Shown: positions 28,188 to 38,054, numbered from the stretch's first letter. The stretch is DNA of 46,150 nt from a virus (IMGVR_UViG_3300046063_000004:1-46150); one strand, 5' to 3'. Notes: generated by a model from the sequence alone, not told the origin. Translations and numbers: made by a program.

Positions 28188-28867
28188 TACCAGTGCCCTT
28201 CGGCCAGCAATGCCTCGAAGTCGTGGGAGACGACCTCGTCGCCGATGGTCTCGGTCAGCCGGCTTGCCTTCATGCGCTCCAGGTCACGCCAGAACCCTTC
28301 AGTGAACGGGCGCGCCTCGCTCTCTGATAGGTAGCGCCCGTCCACAGCCGGCATGCGCAAGATCAGCGCCGAGGTGGCGTAGTCCACTAGCAGCGAGTGC
28401 CACGTCTCGGGAAAGATCGGCTCGTCGTCATCGGCGGCCAACTGAGGCCAGACCCTGTAGTACTGCACCCGCAGCAGGTCAGCCTTGTTGGGCACGGGCC
28501 ACAGTCGCAGTTGGCCCTTCCAGTACGAGTAGGCCTCGACCCGTCCTGTGAGTGCGTTTTGAGGTGTGCCCCAATCGGGCTGGCCCTGGCGCTCGTCGAT
28601 GTAGTCCAGGTTGGCCCGCAGCGTGACGTTGCGAACCCCCAGAATAAGATTGACATCGTCGGGCAGCGAGAACTCACGCTGGCCCTCAACGGCGTTTGCC
28701 TCGTATTCGCTTTCCGAGAAGCGCCAGGTAGCCGCCCGCTCGATCTCGCGATAGCCCTTGTTGACCATCGCTTTGACGAACTCGTGGCTGACGTCCACTG
28801 CCCGCTCGGGCTGAGAGGGCCCCACCGCCTGAGCGATCGCTTGGGCCACGATCTCGGCCAGTTGCAT
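28187..28867 (-). CDS. head-tail adaptor (tail tubular protein A-like)
   Basis: VNKGYREI...WRF...LP.D...LRLWPVP...DDEPIFPE.WH.LLV. Confidence 0.75.
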   Translation of the reverse strand: MQLAEIVAQAIAQAVGPSQPERAVDVSHEFVKAMVNKGYREIERAATWRFSESEYEANAVEGQREFSLPDDVNLILGVRNVTLRANLDYIDERQGQPDWGTPQNALTGRVEAYSYWKGQLRLWPVPNKADLLRVQYYRVWPQLAADDDEPIFPETWHSLLVDYATSALILRMPAVDGRYLSESEARPFTEGFWRDLERMKASRLTETIGDEVVSHDFEALLAEGHW

Positions 28868-28870
28868 GGG

Positions 28871-29545
28871 TTACTCCGAGCCGGCTTGGGCCACCATGCC
28901 GTCGTGGCGCGGCACGCCTGCTCGAGCCTCGGCCGGAGTGCGATAGCCCGACTGGTCCCACGCGGATTGAATGAGGCTGTTCCAGGTCTGTTGGAACGCC
29001 TGAGCCGACGACCAGTCCTCTTCCTGACCATACATGTATTGGGTCATTCGCATGACCAACGCGTTGTGCCAACGGGCGTGAAGGCCGGTCAGGGTCTCGA
29101 TGTTGTCACCGGTCTGGGTCGCGGTGATCAGCGGTGGGGGCTCTTGGTGGTCGATGTAGATGGTCGACACCGAGCTTGGCCGTACCAGCACCGTCTTGCG
29201 AGTGAGCGCATAGACCGTCTGGGCCGGCATGAAGAACGTGCCCAGGTCTATTGAGCGCACGACCTCCGGTGAGACCAAGTGCAGCGGCACCCCCGCCGAG
29301 TCGCGGATCTCAAGAACGCGATCCCAAGTATCCAGCAGATCAGCCGATCCGCCAGAGCCAACCGAGAGCGTGTCGTTGGCGATGAACCCACGCAGCTCGG
29401 TTGGCGGTAGCTGGTCGTAGAGGTCCTTGATGGCGTCGTTGATCCACTCACGCAGAACCGTGTCCTGCACGGTCAGCGGGGTCTCCTCGCCGAAGTGGCC
29501 CCGTGCGCGCTTGATGACCTCGTCGGTGGTCAGCCCGCCAGCCAT
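28871..29545 (-). CDS. second head-tail adaptor-like protein
   Basis: LREWINDAIKDL...VRP...WHNALV; same architecture as the adjacent gene. Confidence 0.65.
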   Translation of the reverse strand: MAGGLTTDEVIKRARGHFGEETPLTVQDTVLREWINDAIKDLYDQLPPTELRGFIANDTLSVGSGGSADLLDTWDRVLEIRDSAGVPLHLVSPEVVRSIDLGTFFMPAQTVYALTRKTVLVRPSSVSTIYIDHQEPPPLITATQTGDNIETLTGLHARWHNALVMRMTQYMYGQEEDWSSAQAFQQTWNSLIQSAWDQSGYRTPAEARAGVPRHDGMVAQAGSE

Positions 29546-30072
29546 TAGTTGATCCTTGCATGCGCGTTGGCCCGCTTACCACCGGGGCCGGTCCACTCGA
29601 TCTTGGGCGAGCGCAGGGCTGCTTCGATGACCTCCAGGTCGGCCCGGCGCTTGTCGTCGGTCTGCTTGCGAGCAACTTGCTTGGCCTGCTCGTTTTGTTC
29701 TTGAGCCTGCTTGTCGGGCTCGTTGGCCACGTGGATGGCCTCTAAGCGCTCGATGATGTGGCGCCCAAACCCTGAGAAGCCAAAGACCGGGCGCTGCTTG
29801 CCATCACGACATAGCTCGACGACGACATGGGGGTAGTGCCCCTGCTCGTGACAGCGATTGCACGAACACGAGGCCACACGCAAGTTCGGCCACCGCTGTG
29901 CGACCTCCTGCGCTACCCCCAACACATCGCGCTCGACCCAATGGGTGCCCACGGGCTCGACGAGCCCGCCCGGCTTTCCTTGTTGCAGCGGGTTCCAGTC
30001 TCCCGGCAACAGCAAGCTCTGATTGGCGGGCTCGCCTGAGCCCCCACGTGGGCGAACAGCCTCCACACCCAT
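29545..30072 (-). CDS. hypothetical protein
   Basis: 175 aa; abuts the adaptor gene. Confidence 0.65.
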   Translation of the reverse strand: MGVEAVRPRGGSGEPANQSLLLPGDWNPLQQGKPGGLVEPVGTHWVERDVLGVAQEVAQRWPNLRVASCSCNRCHEQGHYPHVVVELCRDGKQRPVFGFSGFGRHIIERLEAIHVANEPDKQAQEQNEQAKQVARKQTDDKRRADLEVIEAALRSPKIEWTGPGGKRANAHARIN

Positions 30073-30114
30073 GGCTACTCACTCAGCTCTCAACTCGCTC
30101 TAAAGGCGAAAGAG

Positions 30115-31323
30115 CTAGGCGCTGACGGTGTTGACGTTGCGGATGAGGAAGTGGCTGTTGCGCTGGGTGATGCCCAACTGGGAGAAGTGGCGCATGCGAA
30201 ACTCCCAGCTATCCGAGCGGTCTTGGGCCGGGATGAACATGGTCCCAGACTCCTCGGCGAAGTGCCAGCCCGACTCTTCGCGCCAGATGCTGACCTTGCC
30301 CTCGTCGATGCCAAGGATCGAGCCGGTGTCGGCGTCCAAGTCCTCGGGATAGTCGGGGTCTTCCACGATGGGGATCGTCTGGGCGCCGATGTTGAACGGC
30401 AAAGCCGAGAAGCCCTGGCCGAACTCCATGGTGTTGACGAACTCGCGCTGGGACTTCATGTCGTTGAAGATGGCCCGGCGCACGCCAAAGCCAGTGAACA
30501 TCACGCTGACCTGCTGGCCCGAGTTGCGCCGCACCTTGTCATTGGCGGTCACGACCTCCAGCTCGGAATAGGAACCGGGGCCGTTGTCCACGATCTGGGC
30601 GGCCCACTTGGGCTCGTTGGCCGGGTCCAGGTTCTGGACGGGCTCGGTGTCGTCGATCAGGGTGCGCAGGCCCGTTAGCTCCTGGTTGTAGTTGCCGGTG
30701 CGCACCAGCACGTCGCCGGCGGTGACGCCGCTGGCGTCATCGACGGTGACCTCGTTGTTGCTGGTGTTGATGTTGGTGACCTCGATGCCTTCGGCGTTGA
30801 CCGTGGGGCCAGACTCGTCGACCGAGTCCAAGCGCATCTCCAGCTCGAAGTACTGGATGCGGTCCACGGTGATCACATCACCCGAGACCGACTGCACCGT
30901 GGCCAACTGCCCGTTGGGAAAGCCATAGACCATGCGCGCGTAGTCCTTCATGGCGTCGTCGCGCATGCCCGACAGCTCTTGGTCCAGGGTGTTGATGAAC
31001 GAGCGCGGCTCGCGGTCGGCCAGCAGCAGCGCCTGGGAGGTGATCTCTCCGACCACGTACTGGTGCTGCAGCTTGACCCGGGTGCCCACATAGCCCTGCT
31101 TGCCCGGCAGGGGCAGCACGCCCCGCTCGGGTCGCGAGCCAATGCCTTGGTTGCGACGGACCTTCAACGGGATGACGGTGTAGCGGCCCGAGACGTCCTG
31201 GCGCACGCCGTCGCTGGTGCGCTCGATACGAGACAGGGCGACAATCTCGCTTGAGAACGCGGTCTCAAACGACTCGGGCCATACCTCCTTGAGCATCGGC
31301 GAGACGCTGTTGAGATCAGCCAT
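30115..31323 (-). CDS. major capsid protein
   Basis: ~402 aa from ATG 31323 with AAAGGA RBS; follows the scaffold; very high GC3; E..LP..G, GF.AL.F...IPIVED and C-terminal RNSH features of HK97-fold capsids. Confidence 0.85.
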   Translation of the reverse strand: MADLNSVSPMLKEVWPESFETAFSSEIVALSRIERTSDGVRQDVSGRYTVIPLKVRRNQGIGSRPERGVLPLPGKQGYVGTRVKLQHQYVVGEITSQALLLADREPRSFINTLDQELSGMRDDAMKDYARMVYGFPNGQLATVQSVSGDVITVDRIQYFELEMRLDSVDESGPTVNAEGIEVTNINTSNNEVTVDDASGVTAGDVLVRTGNYNQELTGLRTLIDDTEPVQNLDPANEPKWAAQIVDNGPGSYSELEVVTANDKVRRNSGQQVSVMFTGFGVRRAIFNDMKSQREFVNTMEFGQGFSALPFNIGAQTIPIVEDPDYPEDLDADTGSILGIDEGKVSIWREESGWHFAEESGTMFIPAQDRSDSWEFRMRHFSQLGITQRNSHFLIRNVNTVSA

Positions 31324-31391
31324 TGCGCTTTCCTTTTGTCGCGTAGACCGCCTTTTCCGGGTTTTGAAAAGGCGGATGGGGGCCACAGGGG

Positions 31392-32561
31392 CTACTGGCT
31401 GCCACCGCCGGTCAACAGCGCCTCCATGTAGCTCTGCCGCGCCTTGGGATCGCTCAAGTCAGGCTTTTGTTGACCCGGTGCTTGGCCACCGTTGGCGATC
31501 TTGGGCGTGGTCAGCTGTTGGGGCTGTTGAGCACCGACCTTGTTGCGCATCTTGGTCATCAACGACTCGGTGGCCATCTCCACGGCCTGTTGTCCGTCGG
31601 TGACCTGTCCCTGCTCGAAGAGCTTGCCCGCCTCACTGACGATCGTCTCGCGCAAGGGATCGTCTTGCTCCAGCGGCAGTGAGTAGCGCTTGGCGGCCTC
31701 GTCGACCCAGCCCTGGACCTGCTGACGCTGCTGCTCTTCTTGCTGGCGCTGTTGCTGAGCTTGCTGCTCCTCTTGGCGCTTTTGCTCGAAGTACGCCTCA
31801 ACGTCGGCTTTGGTCATGGGCTGGTTGGCAGGATCTTGCTGTTGCCCGTCCTGTTGGGGCTGACCCTGCTGGCCGTCATTGGTGGCGGGCTGGGGCTGGT
31901 TGCCATCCTGCGAAGTCTGTCCGCCATTGGGCATCACCATCTGTTGAACCTCGCTTCGCAAGTCGCGTCCCAGCTCCTGGTCAAAACGATCGAACAACCA
32001 CTCGATCGTGTTCAACGGGTCGTTGACGATCGACTGGTAGAAGGCGACCGGGACCTCTAGCTCCTCGGGCGAGCTGGCGTACTCCTTGAAGCCACGCAGC
32101 TCGCTGTTGACGTTCTCGATCTTTTTTTGGACCTGTGCGTCCTGGTCCTTGCGGAACTGCTCCAGGCGCTCTTCAACCTGGGGCCGGATCCGCGGGTCCA
32201 GCCCTTCCAAGTACGGCTCGATGAACTCCTGGCCCCCACTGGACTGTTGTCCACCGCCGTCGTCATCCGGCTGTGCGCCCTGCCCCTGGCCGTCTTCCTC
32301 TGCAGCGGTTGCAAGATCGGCCGGATCGACGGGCTCACCCTGTCCCGCAGGCGGTTCCTGACCGGCCGTAGCCGTATCGGACCCACCGGCGGGGATGGGA
32401 AAGTATTCTCCGTCGATCTCAATGGCCCACGCGGGCCCAAAGGGGCGGATCTCGCCCTGACCGGATGTCAAAGGGTCTGGATCTGGCATACCTCGATCTT
32501 TCGTGGCTGTGTGAGGCCCTGGCCCTTGGGCTGTTGCCTCACCCTGGCCGCGTGCTGTCAT
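31392..32561 (-). CDS. capsid scaffolding protein
   Basis: Q/E-rich helical protein with flexible N-terminus, immediately upstream of the capsid gene. Confidence 0.75.
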   Translation of the reverse strand: MTARGQGEATAQGPGPHTATKDRGMPDPDPLTSGQGEIRPFGPAWAIEIDGEYFPIPAGGSDTATAGQEPPAGQGEPVDPADLATAAEEDGQGQGAQPDDDGGGQQSSGGQEFIEPYLEGLDPRIRPQVEERLEQFRKDQDAQVQKKIENVNSELRGFKEYASSPEELEVPVAFYQSIVNDPLNTIEWLFDRFDQELGRDLRSEVQQMVMPNGGQTSQDGNQPQPATNDGQQGQPQQDGQQQDPANQPMTKADVEAYFEQKRQEEQQAQQQRQQEEQQRQQVQGWVDEAAKRYSLPLEQDDPLRETIVSEAGKLFEQGQVTDGQQAVEMATESLMTKMRNKVGAQQPQQLTTPKIANGGQAPGQQKPDLSDPKARQSYMEALLTGGGSQ

Positions 32562-32570
32562 GAGTGTAAC

Positions 32571-32909
32571 TCACGGTGGTGAGTTGTCGAGAGAACCACT
32601 TTCGGCTCTCTCAATGAGGCGATCTAGGCGATCCTCGATGCGTTGGATGCGGCGATAGCTCTCACTGCGTGAGGGCACATCTTCCGATGTCTCGAGCTGG
32701 TCGTGGATGCGCTGTAGCTCACCGATCAACTCGGCTTGCTGGGTGGCGGCCTTGTTGGCGCGCTGCTCGGCCTCAGACAGCACCGTGGAGCGGATGTTGA
32801 CCGACACGACGATGAGGCCAACGGTCAAGGCGATGAGCATGGGGACGCCGATGTAGGCCATCCACTTCTCGATCTTATTGGATGTCTCAGTGTCCCATTT
32901 TTCAATCAT
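32571..32909 (-). CDS. single-TM membrane protein with coiled coil (lysis-associated)
   Basis: ATGA overlap at 32906-32909; TM segment YIGVPMLIALTVGLIVVSV. Confidence 0.65.
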   Translation of the reverse strand: MIEKWDTETSNKIEKWMAYIGVPMLIALTVGLIVVSVNIRSTVLSEAEQRANKAATQQAELIGELQRIHDQLETSEDVPSRSESYRRIQRIEDRLDRLIERAESGSLDNSPP

Positions 32910-33097
32910 GAGATCCCCAAGCCTCCCAACAGCAGCCCAGAGACGATCGTTCCCACGAACGCGAACCCGGCCCCAATGCCGATGATCAAGATCCGCGTGG
33001 CCCGATAGTCCATGCGCTCCTTCCACTGCTCCAGGTGGAACACGCGCCACCGCAAGTCGTTGACCTGGTCCTGCTCGTGCTGGCTTTCCTCAGTCAC
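32906..33097 (-). CDS. small membrane protein (holin/XhlA-like)
   Basis: Coiled N-terminus plus C-terminal TM; adjacent to the endolysin. Confidence 0.6.
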   Translation of the reverse strand: MTEESQHEQDQVNDLRWRVFHLEQWKERMDYRATRILIIGIGAGFAFVGTIVSGLLLGGLGIS

Positions 33098-33148
33098 AGC
33101 CCTACCCCCGCTGCGCCCTTTGAGTTACACCAGCGAGATTACCTCGGG

Positions 33149-33994
33149 TCAGGTCACGCTGCGGCTGTCCCCGTTGCGGGTGCGGATGCGCTGGGCCACC
33201 GCCTCGGCCGTACTGTCACGGGTAGGCCCGCCCACGTCGTGGGTCTCGTTCCACACGTCCATATCGAGATCGCGGATGGCACCCACGCGCACAGCGGTGC
33301 CGATGCTGGCCCGGCCCAGGTCCTTTGAGTGGATGAACTTCCAGTTGTAGGCCTTGCCCAGCACTCGGGCCATGCCCTCGTCGATGTCGTTCTCGGCGAT
33401 CACGGCCACCACGTAGTGGTTGTCGCTGACTTGGTCGGTCTCCCTCGTCTTGAGATCGGGCAGCGACTTGGGTAGGGGCAGGCCCTGCTGGATCCACTCA
33501 TAGACCGGATCGCCCGGGCACGCCTTGGGCGACACGTCGCGGTGGCCATTTACTTCCTCGACGGCGATGCCTTGATCGAGCAGCACATTGCGCAGGCCCA
33601 AGACGGCTGCCTGGGCCTTGTTGGTGAACTCGTTGGCCACCGCACCCAGGTAAGCCACACCCAGCCACACGCGGTTGTAGCCCTTGGCATGGGCGAGCTG
33701 GCGCTGTAAGCCCCTGCCTTCAAGGACGTTGCCATAGCGATCGACGCCCATGGCATAGCCAATGTCGGCCCAGCCCTGGCTGCCGGTATGGAACTGATAG
33801 ATATTACGCCACCACTGGGCCGTGTCCTTGCGCCCGAGGTTGTCGCCGGTGGTGATGTGCAGCGTCATAGCCTCGATCTCTTCAGTCCCTCGAGGCGCCC
33901 CTCCAGGATCGAATGGCAGCCCTGCCTGCTCGCGTGAGACGAACTCACCGGGGATTGCGTTCTCGATGGCCTGGCGCAGTCGATCATCCATCAT
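33149..33994 (-). CDS. endolysin, N-acetylmuramoyl-L-alanine amidase (PGRP/Amidase_2)
   Basis: LHITTG, GWADIGY, EGRG, AHAKGYN, GHRDVSPKACPG. Confidence 0.93.
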   Translation of the reverse strand: MMDDRLRQAIENAIPGEFVSREQAGLPFDPGGAPRGTEEIEAMTLHITTGDNLGRKDTAQWWRNIYQFHTGSQGWADIGYAMGVDRYGNVLEGRGLQRQLAHAKGYNRVWLGVAYLGAVANEFTNKAQAAVLGLRNVLLDQGIAVEEVNGHRDVSPKACPGDPVYEWIQQGLPLPKSLPDLKTRETDQVSDNHYVVAVIAENDIDEGMARVLGKAYNWKFIHSKDLGRASIGTAVRVGAIRDLDMDVWNETHDVGGPTRDSTAEAVAQRIRTRNGDSRSVT

Positions 33995-34212
33995 TGCTGT
34001 TCTCGTTTTTGTTTGAGCTTTCTGGCTCGCGAGGCGGCCACGTCACGCAGCACGTTCGCCGCTGCGCCGATGGCTGCGGCCACGGCGGCCAGCAGCGCCG
34101 AGGCATCCAGGGAAAACAACGCCTGGGCGCCAATGGCCCCGAGGAAGGTGTGCAGCGCCGTCCAGCCAGCTCGAGCGCCGGCCCTGGCTGCTGTCTCACT
34201 CAGAGAGGGCAA
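33991..34212 (-). CDS. holin
   Basis: 73 aa; RAGWTALHTFLG pattern, two hydrophobic segments and a basic tail; overlaps the endolysin start. Confidence 0.75.
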   Translation of the reverse strand: MPSLSETAARAGARAGWTALHTFLGAIGAQALFSLDASALLAAVAAAIGAAANVLRDVAASRARKLKQKREQQ

Positions 34213-34215
34213 CGG

Positions 34216-36717
34216 TTACTCGCCGCCTTGGGACTGCTCAGGCTGGTCCTCGGGCTGACGGCCCGGGGCTCCCTGCCCGCGTGGGCTCGGCCCCTGCACG
34301 CTCTGGCCTTCTCTTTCGCCTTGGCCACCGCCTGGGGCTTGGCCACCTCCAGCGCTGCCAGGGGCAGGCTGCTGGGGTTGAGCCTGCTGCTGGGCTTGCT
34401 GTTGCTGAGCCAGACCCATCGTGTTTTGCATCTGCTGCTCCCAGATCTGGCCCATGGATTGGGTGGCCTGGCCCGGCGAGGCCTGGGGCTGCTGGGAGAC
34501 CATCTGGGCCTGCAGAGCGGCCTGGTGGGCCGTGATGTGGGCGGTGAAGGCGTACTGGCGATAGGTGGGCCACTGCTCGAACTCAGCCATCTTGCGCATG
34601 CGGTTGTGGACCTGTAAGTGCACCAGGTGCTCGTGCCAGTCGGCCGGGCGCAGCGCCTCGACCTGGGCTTGGAAGTGATCCAGGTCGATCTCGCCGGTGT
34701 CGGGGTTGGCCACGGTTAGCTCCTCAAAGAGCTGGTTCTCCCTGCGAGCGTGGCGAAGGTCGATCTGGCGTTCGTTGAAGACCTTGCGCAGCCCACCCAT
34801 CTCCAGCACACGAGCAGCCTCAGACTGATCAATCAGGCCGTACTCCAGGGCCCGGTACACCTCGGCTTCCTTCTCGGCTTTGGAGAAGGGCCAGCCCGAG
34901 CCGGGCTGGACCCAGAAGTTGCCCCCGATCTGATCGCCCCGGATGAAAGCGCGGGCCTCGATGTCGCCCTCCTCACCCAGCACCGTGACCACGCGCTGAT
35001 CGCTCCACAACTGCCGCGCCATGCTCAGAATGATGTTGCCCTGCTTTTGCACCGCGCGCTCAATGGAGCGAATGGGAATGGAGGATGCCGAGTCGTCCAT
35101 CTCCTTCAACGAGTTGATGGCCGTGCCTGAGCGCACGTTGGGCGGGGTAGTGCCACGGGAGACCTCGTGCATGAATGTGAGGTCAGAAACGGACTGCCGG
35201 GTCAGCTCGATCTCACGCAGGATCAGCTCGCCGGCCTCGGGCACCTGCACGTTGTGGGCCGGCTGGGTCGAGCCCGGAGGCATCTCATAGATCGTCGACT
35301 TGCCTCCCAACGCGCCCTTGACCTGGGTGCCCCGGGGCAGGGCCACACCCACCGAGGAGTGCAGGTTGACCTGCTCAACCATGCCCGAGGCGGCGCGGTT
35401 GTGGCGCCGTTGCAAGGGAATGAGCGCTTGGACCATCCCCTTGCTCCAAAAGCTGCCCGGCACCTTGGTGTAGTCGATCTTGGCAAAGGGGTACTGGCGC
35501 TGCAGATACTCCGGCCACGGACGCTTGTCCAGGATCTGGCCCCCAGCGGTGATCAGGATCAACCCATCGGGGGCACGGCGGCTGGGCTTGACCCAGGTCT
35601 CTTTGACGATTGCGGTGGGCACCTTGGGCGCGCTGGACGAGCTGGGCATATGGGTGGGGCTCATGCCGCCTTGGAGCACCTGGGTCATGCGCTCATCGAG
35701 CATGCCGTAGCGCCCTTGGGTGTCGGCCTCGACCTCTATGCCCCAGCGCTCGTAGATCTCGTCAAGCTCGTAGGCCTTGGTGATCATCACATAGGGCTGA
35801 TCCTCGATATCGGCCTTGCGGATGTGGGGCACGCCCAACTCGAAGCACGACAGGGTGCGGAACTCGAAGTCGCCCATGCGTTGAGTCCCGTAGCGGCCAC
35901 CACCGGGCTGGCCGCCAATCGGGCCCTGACCCGGCATCTGACCACCTGGCTGACCCGGCATCTGATTGCCGCCCGGCATCTGGTTGCCCAGACCGCCGGC
36001 CTGTAACTGAGAGGCCAGGTCCTGCGGGGCCATGTTGGCACCGCCGCCACGCCGGCCAGCCAGGGCATCTGGCGATTGCGAGGGATCCAGCCCTTCCAGT
36101 GGGTCGACGACCTCGCCGGGGTCCATGCCGGGGATGTCGCCCTCGCCCTGTTTCTGTGGCCCAGCATCGGGATCCCACTGGGTGTCAATGACCGACGTGC
36201 CACCAAACAACGCCCACAGCGCGGCCTCCTCGAAGTACTCCTCCAGGCTCTGCTCTCTAGTGACGTGCTCGATGATGCGCTGGCCAGCTCGAGCAGCCTC
36301 GTAGTCCTGGCCATCCAGCCCGTCGGGCACGACCACGCCGTAGGGGCGATTGCGCAGCAAGCGGGCAAGCTCGGAGCGCACAGCCGGCTCGATGAGGTTA
36401 TCAACAGTGCGCACCCGGCCCTTCTTGGCCGGCAACTGGGTCAGCATCGTGCCCGCGTTGGGCACCTGATAGAAGTCCACGTACTGCTGATCCAGATAGA
36501 AGGCCGTGGCCAGCAGTGCCCAGCGCTCCACGTGCTGGCGGTTGCGCGTGACCCGGGAGAACCACTCGTCGTTGAGCGAGATCAGCTCTTGGTCGCTCAT
36601 CTGCGCAAAGGGCTTGTAGCGCTGACCCTTGGCCCCGGGCTGGCCCTGCTCGTTTGCATAGCCCAATCGCAAGGCATCGGTCATGCTCGTGCCCGCCATT
36701 GGCGGCTGGGAACTCAT
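34216..36717 (-). CDS. portal protein (podovirus-type, long Q-rich C-terminus)
   Basis: 833 aa after terminase; DNLIEP, YPF, G.VQALIPLQ..HN, SRG....VRSGTAI motifs. Confidence 0.85.
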   Translation of the reverse strand: MSSQPPMAGTSMTDALRLGYANEQGQPGAKGQRYKPFAQMSDQELISLNDEWFSRVTRNRQHVERWALLATAFYLDQQYVDFYQVPNAGTMLTQLPAKKGRVRTVDNLIEPAVRSELARLLRNRPYGVVVPDGLDGQDYEAARAGQRIIEHVTREQSLEEYFEEAALWALFGGTSVIDTQWDPDAGPQKQGEGDIPGMDPGEVVDPLEGLDPSQSPDALAGRRGGGANMAPQDLASQLQAGGLGNQMPGGNQMPGQPGGQMPGQGPIGGQPGGGRYGTQRMGDFEFRTLSCFELGVPHIRKADIEDQPYVMITKAYELDEIYERWGIEVEADTQGRYGMLDERMTQVLQGGMSPTHMPSSSSAPKVPTAIVKETWVKPSRRAPDGLILITAGGQILDKRPWPEYLQRQYPFAKIDYTKVPGSFWSKGMVQALIPLQRRHNRAASGMVEQVNLHSSVGVALPRGTQVKGALGGKSTIYEMPPGSTQPAHNVQVPEAGELILREIELTRQSVSDLTFMHEVSRGTTPPNVRSGTAINSLKEMDDSASSIPIRSIERAVQKQGNIILSMARQLWSDQRVVTVLGEEGDIEARAFIRGDQIGGNFWVQPGSGWPFSKAEKEAEVYRALEYGLIDQSEAARVLEMGGLRKVFNERQIDLRHARRENQLFEELTVANPDTGEIDLDHFQAQVEALRPADWHEHLVHLQVHNRMRKMAEFEQWPTYRQYAFTAHITAHQAALQAQMVSQQPQASPGQATQSMGQIWEQQMQNTMGLAQQQQAQQQAQPQQPAPGSAGGGQAPGGGQGEREGQSVQGPSPRGQGAPGRQPEDQPEQSQGGE

Positions 36718-37137
36718 CTAGGCTCCTCCCACCGTTGGGCCCTCCATGTCGACCCCGCGAGCCAGCCATTGGGCCTCGATCGAGTCGTCGACCGTCTCGC
36801 CCCAGCCCACGTCGTCGAAGCCGTGAGGCTCGGCCGGCTCGGAAGATCCGAGTAGCTTCCACCCGCCCGATTGAGTCGCGTGCTGGCCAGCAACGGTCTT
36901 GTCGGTGGCATTGGGCGTGTTTTGCTGCAGCGCGGTGAACTCCTGCCAGGAGTTGGCGGCCAACCGGTTGTGCAGCTCGGCGATGTAATGCTCGCGCTGA
37001 TCCAGAAGCTGGGAGTACTCGCTGCGCAGATCACTGATCTCAGCGCGCCAAAACCGCGACAGGGCGAACACGGTCGCCGCCACGGTGGCCAGCATGACCA
37101 GCGCGAGGACGAAAGCCAGGATCACAACGGTCGTCAC
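36718..37137 (-). CDS. membrane protein with coiled coil
   Basis: N-terminal TM; overlaps the upstream gene. Confidence 0.7.
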   Translation of the reverse strand: MTTVVILAFVLALVMLATVAATVFALSRFWRAEISDLRSEYSQLLDQREHYIAELHNRLAANSWQEFTALQQNTPNATDKTVAGQHATQSGGWKLLGSSEPAEPHGFDDVGWGETVDDSIEAQWLARGVDMEGPTVGGA

Positions 37138-38054
37138 GAGGTCTCTCCTTCCTCTTCATCATCGACGATCAGCTCGTCTTCATCGACTGGTTCGTTATCC
37201 CGCTCGTGGCCGGCGTTCTCGTCGATGGGCTGGTCGTAGTCCTGATCCCGGGCGCCCTCGACGAACTCAAAGCCCAAGCCGGTGATTAGCCCCTTGCGCG
37301 CGCGTCCATAGCCGCGGTCGGCCAGCTCCAGCTCGCGGTTGACCACCTGGGTGCGAAACTCCTCGGAGTGGCCCTCACAGAAGGCGATGATGTCGGCCAC
37401 TTTCTCGGCCAGCAGCGCGTCGATGTCGACCTCTTGGCCCTCGAGCTGAGTCGTCATGGGCGTGGATGGCTGGCCGTGATCCTGCTGCGTGGTGGGCGCG
37501 GTGCTTTGTTGTTGTTGTTGGGTCTGCTCGGCGCGCTTGCGGGCCACGTCGGCGTAGTGCTTGGCCTTGCGGCGTTGATGCGGCGCGCCGTAAAGCTGCT
37601 CGTGCTCGACCGCGCTGCCTGGCTCGGGGGGCTGGTGATGTCGCAGCAGGGGGTGGTTGGGGTGCTCAATGAGCCATTGCTCGATCTCGTCGCGGGTGGG
37701 GTCGCGCACTTCTCTCTTGATCTCGGTGACCACCTCAGCCTCGGGTGAGGGCATGACCTCGGCTGCCGCATTGGCCAGGCGCATGACCAGCTCTTGGTAC
37801 TTGTCGGCCTGGTCCTGCAAGTGGTTCGCACGAGCTTCCTCTTGGGCCGCCTGATCGCGCAGCTTGGCGGCCTGGTCCGGGTCAACCCAGCCCTGTTGGC
37901 GCAACGGCTTGGCAATGGCGTCGATCTTGACGTACAGGCGTCCATAGCCGTTGATGTCGCGGCCAAGGTCGAGTACCGGCCCCCGACCGTCGCCAGAGAC
38001 GACACACGTCATGGGTGACGTTTTTGGCTTGGGCAGGATCTGGACATTGGCCAT
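37134..38054 (-). CDS. hypothetical protein
   Basis: ~306 aa, GAGG RBS before ATG 38054, coiled coil. Confidence 0.7.
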   Translation of the reverse strand: MANVQILPKPKTSPMTCVVSGDGRGPVLDLGRDINGYGRLYVKIDAIAKPLRQQGWVDPDQAAKLRDQAAQEEARANHLQDQADKYQELVMRLANAAAEVMPSPEAEVVTEIKREVRDPTRDEIEQWLIEHPNHPLLRHHQPPEPGSAVEHEQLYGAPHQRRKAKHYADVARKRAEQTQQQQQSTAPTTQQDHGQPSTPMTTQLEGQEVDIDALLAEKVADIIAFCEGHSEEFRTQVVNRELELADRGYGRARKGLITGLGFEFVEGARDQDYDQPIDENAGHERDNEPVDEDELIVDDEEEGETS

